Both the position numbers and the translations under genes were made by a program. The notes under the pieces were generated by a model. The model made no database searches. It was not told the origin of the DNA and saw only the letters and a list, made by a program, of their open reading frames with translations. Shown here one piece after another: positions 60,579-64,000 of a stretch of DNA of 64,000 nt; the stretch's first letter is position 1; each line of letters opens with the position of its first letter. The DNA comes from Verrucomicrobiota bacterium (GTDB taxonomy: Bacteria > Verrucomicrobiota > Verrucomicrobiia > Limisphaerales > Palsa-1400): positions 1-64,000 of the forward strand of contig JBEKYR010000018.1 of NCBI GenBank assembly GCA_049510745.1, in the 5' to 3' direction.

Positions 60579-61415
60579 TCACGCAAGCTGCAATTTTGAC
60601 CCTGCTCGCGTGGTGTCGTCGTGAAGCTTTAGAATGGATTGAACTTGCGGATGGACGGTGGCATTCCCGATTTGGCTGCGGAATTCGCAGGTCGCCCAGT
60701 TGAAGGAGAAAGACTGATATTGCGCCTCCCATTTTTGAAATCTCTGTTCCGCTTTGGGATCCAGCCACGGCCAGCGATCGGGTTTGCTGCGGACGCCGCA
60801 GCGCCACGGTTTTGGGGTGAGCCGGGCGCGGAAACATTTCTGGGTCTTGCAAAGTTTCCGGTAAAGCGGGTCAGCCCCCAGCGCCTCAAACACCCCGTCG
60901 GCGACATCCGAGGCCGCCTCCACCAAGCCTTGCGTCGCCAACAAACGCAATCCGGCGCGGGTTCGGTAAATCCGCCATCCCCATTGGGGATTGTTGCGCG
61001 TCCAGCTCTCGATTTGTGTCATCGCCACGTTTTGCGCGTCAACTGGCGGCTTAAAGTCTGGTTTCCCAAAAAATCTTTTGAAAAACCCGCCGAAGCCTTT
61101 TGGTTCAGGCAAATCAATATCGACAAACATCACGCGGGCGGTGTTGAGCACCGAGCAGCCGTAGGAATTGCGCGTCACCACCCCGGCGATTTCACCCGCC
61201 TCGTTCTTGATCTCCTGCAACACCTGCTCGCGAAACGGGCGGTCCGGATAATAACCCCCGTGTTTGGGTGGATAGTCCCCGGCTCGAAAACGATCCGCAA
61301 GCTGTTGGGCGGCTTGATTCGCGAGCGATTGCGCGTCGGCGATGCTTGCGGAAGACCAGCGCCAGCAAGAAAAACTTCCACTCTTTCCCCTGGCCCAAAA
61401 TTCCGGGAAATTCAT
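60579..61415 (-). CDS. Hypothetical protein (possible primase-like DxD fold)
   Basis: RNSYG, MFVDID, IYRTRAGLRL and FRARLTPKPWR blocks. Confidence 0.7.
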   Translation of the reverse strand: MNFPEFWARGKSGSFSCWRWSSASIADAQSLANQAAQQLADRFRAGDYPPKHGGYYPDRPFREQVLQEIKNEAGEIAGVVTRNSYGCSVLNTARVMFVDIDLPEPKGFGGFFKRFFGKPDFKPPVDAQNVAMTQIESWTRNNPQWGWRIYRTRAGLRLLATQGLVEAASDVADGVFEALGADPLYRKLCKTQKCFRARLTPKPWRCGVRSKPDRWPWLDPKAEQRFQKWEAQYQSFSFNWATCEFRSQIGNATVHPQVQSILKLHDDTTRAGSKLQLA

Positions 61416-61648
61416 GCCGTAAAAAATAAGATTACGACCAAGTGGCGGCAAGCCTTTTTCGCCGGGCTCGAATCGCCTTTTTTGGCTGGACCACGCATTC
61501 CGACAAAAGCGTCGATGATAATGTTCGTGTGGGCCTGGAACGTCGTGCAACCGCGCGGCACCGGAATCCTGTTTTGTCCACTGCATTGTTCCTGCACCGC
61601 TTGCCACCTCCGATTGTCCCCTTGCATCGTTTCATAGCTGACGGCAGT

Positions 61649-62545
61649 TTATGCATTTAACCGCGCAATCCACGCAGCGATTTCGTCGTGCCGCTCTTGT
61701 GTCCGAAGCTCCGAAGAACCAACTGGATACTTGTCTAGGATTCCGCTCAGAATCCGAGCCTGCACATCTGGTCTGCTCTGCGAGAGAATCTGGATGAAGC
61801 GCGCGCGTGTTGTTCCAGTGTAGCTGTCTGGATCGATGTCCAGATCGAGATCAAGGTAGAAGTCGCGGTGCTTCTGGTAGCTGAAGTCACAAAGGTAGCC
61901 AGCACTCACGCCGATGTAACGATTTACGACCTTGTTGATTTCCAACTTCGTCAATCCCCGATTGGAATCGGTGCTCGGCTCAATCGTACACCTTGCGGGT
62001 TCGCTCTGGGTGCGTGGAATCATTGGGATTGATTGAACAGAAGGCTCGCTTATTTCGACCGAGGTATCTTGCGCTGAGTTGGCTCCGAGTGGAGAGAGTG
62101 TTTCGGGTAACAGATTTGCAGCCACCGCCTCTGTGGCGACCGGTCGGCAAGCCTCGATGAGTCTCCCGTACTCTTGCTTGCTCTCTTCTTGGAGCCAGTT
62201 GATGTGAAGGAATTGCGCCAGAGAGCCTTTGACGGGGGTGCCGTCGAGTCGCAGGGGAATGAACCGACGCTCCTTGTTCAACGGGTCGCGGAAACGAAAC
62301 GTGTGGCTCTCCAATTGCGCCCACTCAGATCCGAATGCACTCGCCGACATGCAGAGCACAAGAACACGGGAGTGCTCCAACCCTTCCTCGATTTTTGCCG
62401 GAATGCTGTCGCCAGGGCGGATTTCCCAGTCATCGAACCACACGCGCAGGCCGTCCGAACGCAACCGCTCCGCGATAGTGCGAACGATTACCTTGTCCTT
62501 CGAACTGTGGCTCAGGAAAACATCGTACTGGAATTCCGCGGACAC
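61649..62545 (-). CDS. TIR domain fused to an abortive-infection-type N-terminal domain
   Basis: YDVFLSHSSKDK, VWFD and SEWAQLE (catalytic Glu); C-terminal NRYIGV..GYL.DFSY..H..FY..TTR.RF block. Confidence 0.85.
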   Translation of the reverse strand: MSAEFQYDVFLSHSSKDKVIVRTIAERLRSDGLRVWFDDWEIRPGDSIPAKIEEGLEHSRVLVLCMSASAFGSEWAQLESHTFRFRDPLNKERRFIPLRLDGTPVKGSLAQFLHINWLQEESKQEYGRLIEACRPVATEAVAANLLPETLSPLGANSAQDTSVEISEPSVQSIPMIPRTQSEPARCTIEPSTDSNRGLTKLEINKVVNRYIGVSAGYLCDFSYQKHRDFYLDLDLDIDPDSYTGTTRARFIQILSQSRPDVQARILSGILDKYPVGSSELRTQERHDEIAAWIARLNA

Positions 62546-62738
62546 GATTTGATATTAAGGCCAGGAACCCACTTGGCAAGCAATTCGCGGCCCCGTCTGA
62601 ACCGGCGCAGCCTCTGGTTTGGAATGAACCGCAAAGTTCGCAGAGATCGCAGAGCAAGAAAGATTTGCCGGCCAAAAAAACCATAACTCCTTGTCTCTGC
62701 GTTCTTTGCGCTCTCTGCGGTTAAATTCATCTTTTCGG

Positions 62739-63296
62739 TCAGGGCACTCCGGGGCACGTGCCGAGCGCTCGAGCCGCATTGACGGGTGAGTCCCAGATGA
62801 ATGATTCGGGATGGTGAGATGAGGCGTCCATCTTGCTCTCTAAATCACGGTTATATCTTGACTTCCGGATTGATTGCCGGGTTTGCAAAAGGCCCTCCCG
62901 TTCAATCCGTTGAAACAGGGTGTTTTTTGCCGCATCCCCCTCCAAACTCATTTGACTGGAAACATCCGCCTGTGGCGCGCCATCGCCGGCGCGCTCCAGC
63001 GGGCGGGAGGCTTCCACCGGATAAGCATTCGCGGCATCCTCCCACCAGCCGCTAGCGCGCCCCGGCGGGCGGGAGGCCTCTGCCCGGTTGCCGGAATGCG
63101 CCACAAAAGACTCCCCAATCGACGAATGGGCGTTTGCCTGCACGGAAATGGCCGGGGAGTTTTGCTCCGGCTTCGCGGGCGACTTCAGCGCCGGGCGGGG
63201 AAGCGATTGGGCGGGGGCGGCCGATGAATTCGTCTGTCCGAAACAAACCGGGGAAGGCACAACCAACGCCCACGCGACAAGGAGAGTCCCTTTCAT
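62739..63296 (-). CDS. Putative secreted hypothetical protein
   Basis: Signal-like MKGTLLVAWALV; low-complexity body. Confidence 0.4.
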   Translation of the reverse strand: MKGTLLVAWALVVPSPVCFGQTNSSAAPAQSLPRPALKSPAKPEQNSPAISVQANAHSSIGESFVAHSGNRAEASRPPGRASGWWEDAANAYPVEASRPLERAGDGAPQADVSSQMSLEGDAAKNTLFQRIEREGLLQTRQSIRKSRYNRDLESKMDASSHHPESFIWDSPVNAARALGTCPGVP

Positions 63297-63521
63297 AACG
63301 CGCCCCTGACGCCGGAGGCCATGTCCAAACGGACTGTCATAAGGCCCAATATACCTTTCAGCGAAATGCACTGTCAAACCCACGGCGAGCGACAGGGGCG
63401 CTGAGGGCGCATCCCGGTTTCTGGCAATCCTATGGTCGATGAGAGATCATGACTGGCCGCCGTCAGGCGGCGGCAAAGAAACCGTTGCGCCGCAACGCCA
63501 AACCGCGATAGATTACGCCCC

Positions 63522-64000
63522 ATGCTGCAAACTGTGGAGAACCCGCGGGCCTCGGAAACGCCCCCGTCTTTTCCCGCGCAATTTTTGAAGGCTTTTCGCT
63601 TCATGCTCCTGGCCCGCGTGCTGGACGATAAAATCGCCAGTTTGGGCCGGGCGGGCAAGATTCACGGCGGCGTTTTTCTCGGACGCGGGCAGGAGGCCTT
63701 GAGCGCGTCGGTCGGAATGGCCCTGCGCCGCGGCGATATTTTCGCGCCGCTCATCCGCGATGGCGCCGGACGCCTGGCTTTCGGCGAGCCGCTGCTCGAC
63801 TCCGTCCGCACTTATCTCGGCTCCGCTCTGGGCCCGATGCGCGGACGGGACGGCAACGTGCATCACGGCCGCCCCAGGGAAGGATTGTTGCCGATGATCA
63901 GCCATTTGGGGGCGATGATTTCGGTGGTAAACGGCGCGTTGATGGTGCGGCGGTTCAAAAAGATCGAGGGCGTGGTGGGAGCGGCCTGCCTGGGCGACGG
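63522..64000 (+). CDS. ThDP-dependent 2-oxoacid dehydrogenase E1 alpha subunit (partial, runs off window)
   Basis: Manual translation: MLLARVLDDK...GRGQEA...GRDGNVH...ISHLG...CLGDG (start of the ThDP GDG motif). Confidence 0.88.
   Translation, partial: MLQTVENPRASETPPSFPAQFLKAFRFMLLARVLDDKIASLGRAGKIHGGVFLGRGQEALSASVGMALRRGDIFAPLIRDGAGRLAFGEPLLDSVRTYLGSALGPMRGRDGNVHHGRPREGLLPMISHLGAMISVVNGALMVRRFKKIEGVVGAACLGD

Overview
A 64-kb, GC-rich chromosomal window, probably from a Verrucomicrobiota bacterium (inferred from gene content and repeat style). The backbone carries purH, a Wza/Wzc/beta-barrel exopolysaccharide locus with a sigma54 two-component system, cysS-tmk-rpsT, dnaG, HU, panE, ispF, an inositol monophosphatase, an SNF2 helicase, an S53 protease and pgl. 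Several lower-GC accessory inserts interrupt it. Main highlights: (1) a complete His-Xaa-Ser RiPP cluster at 47.7-50.9 kb, with a short precursor ending in (HDSHSS)x3, HxsD and two radical SAM enzymes; (2) a transposase-free 1.77-kb cassette at 15492-17264 with perfect 27-bp terminal inverted repeats, a CATTTT target duplication and four unknown passenger ORFs; (3) an acyltransferase/NMP-kinase fusion coupled to a DAG-kinase-family gene; (4) two solitary defence-like genes, an RloC-like Rad50 ATPase and a TIR/Abi-NTD fusion; (5) a MITE enclosing a REP doublet, an attC-like site, a ~500-bp element present twice, a synonymously diverged copy of the SNF2 3' end, and many short-period inverted tandem repeats. 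All assignments come from motif recognition by eye; no searches were run.
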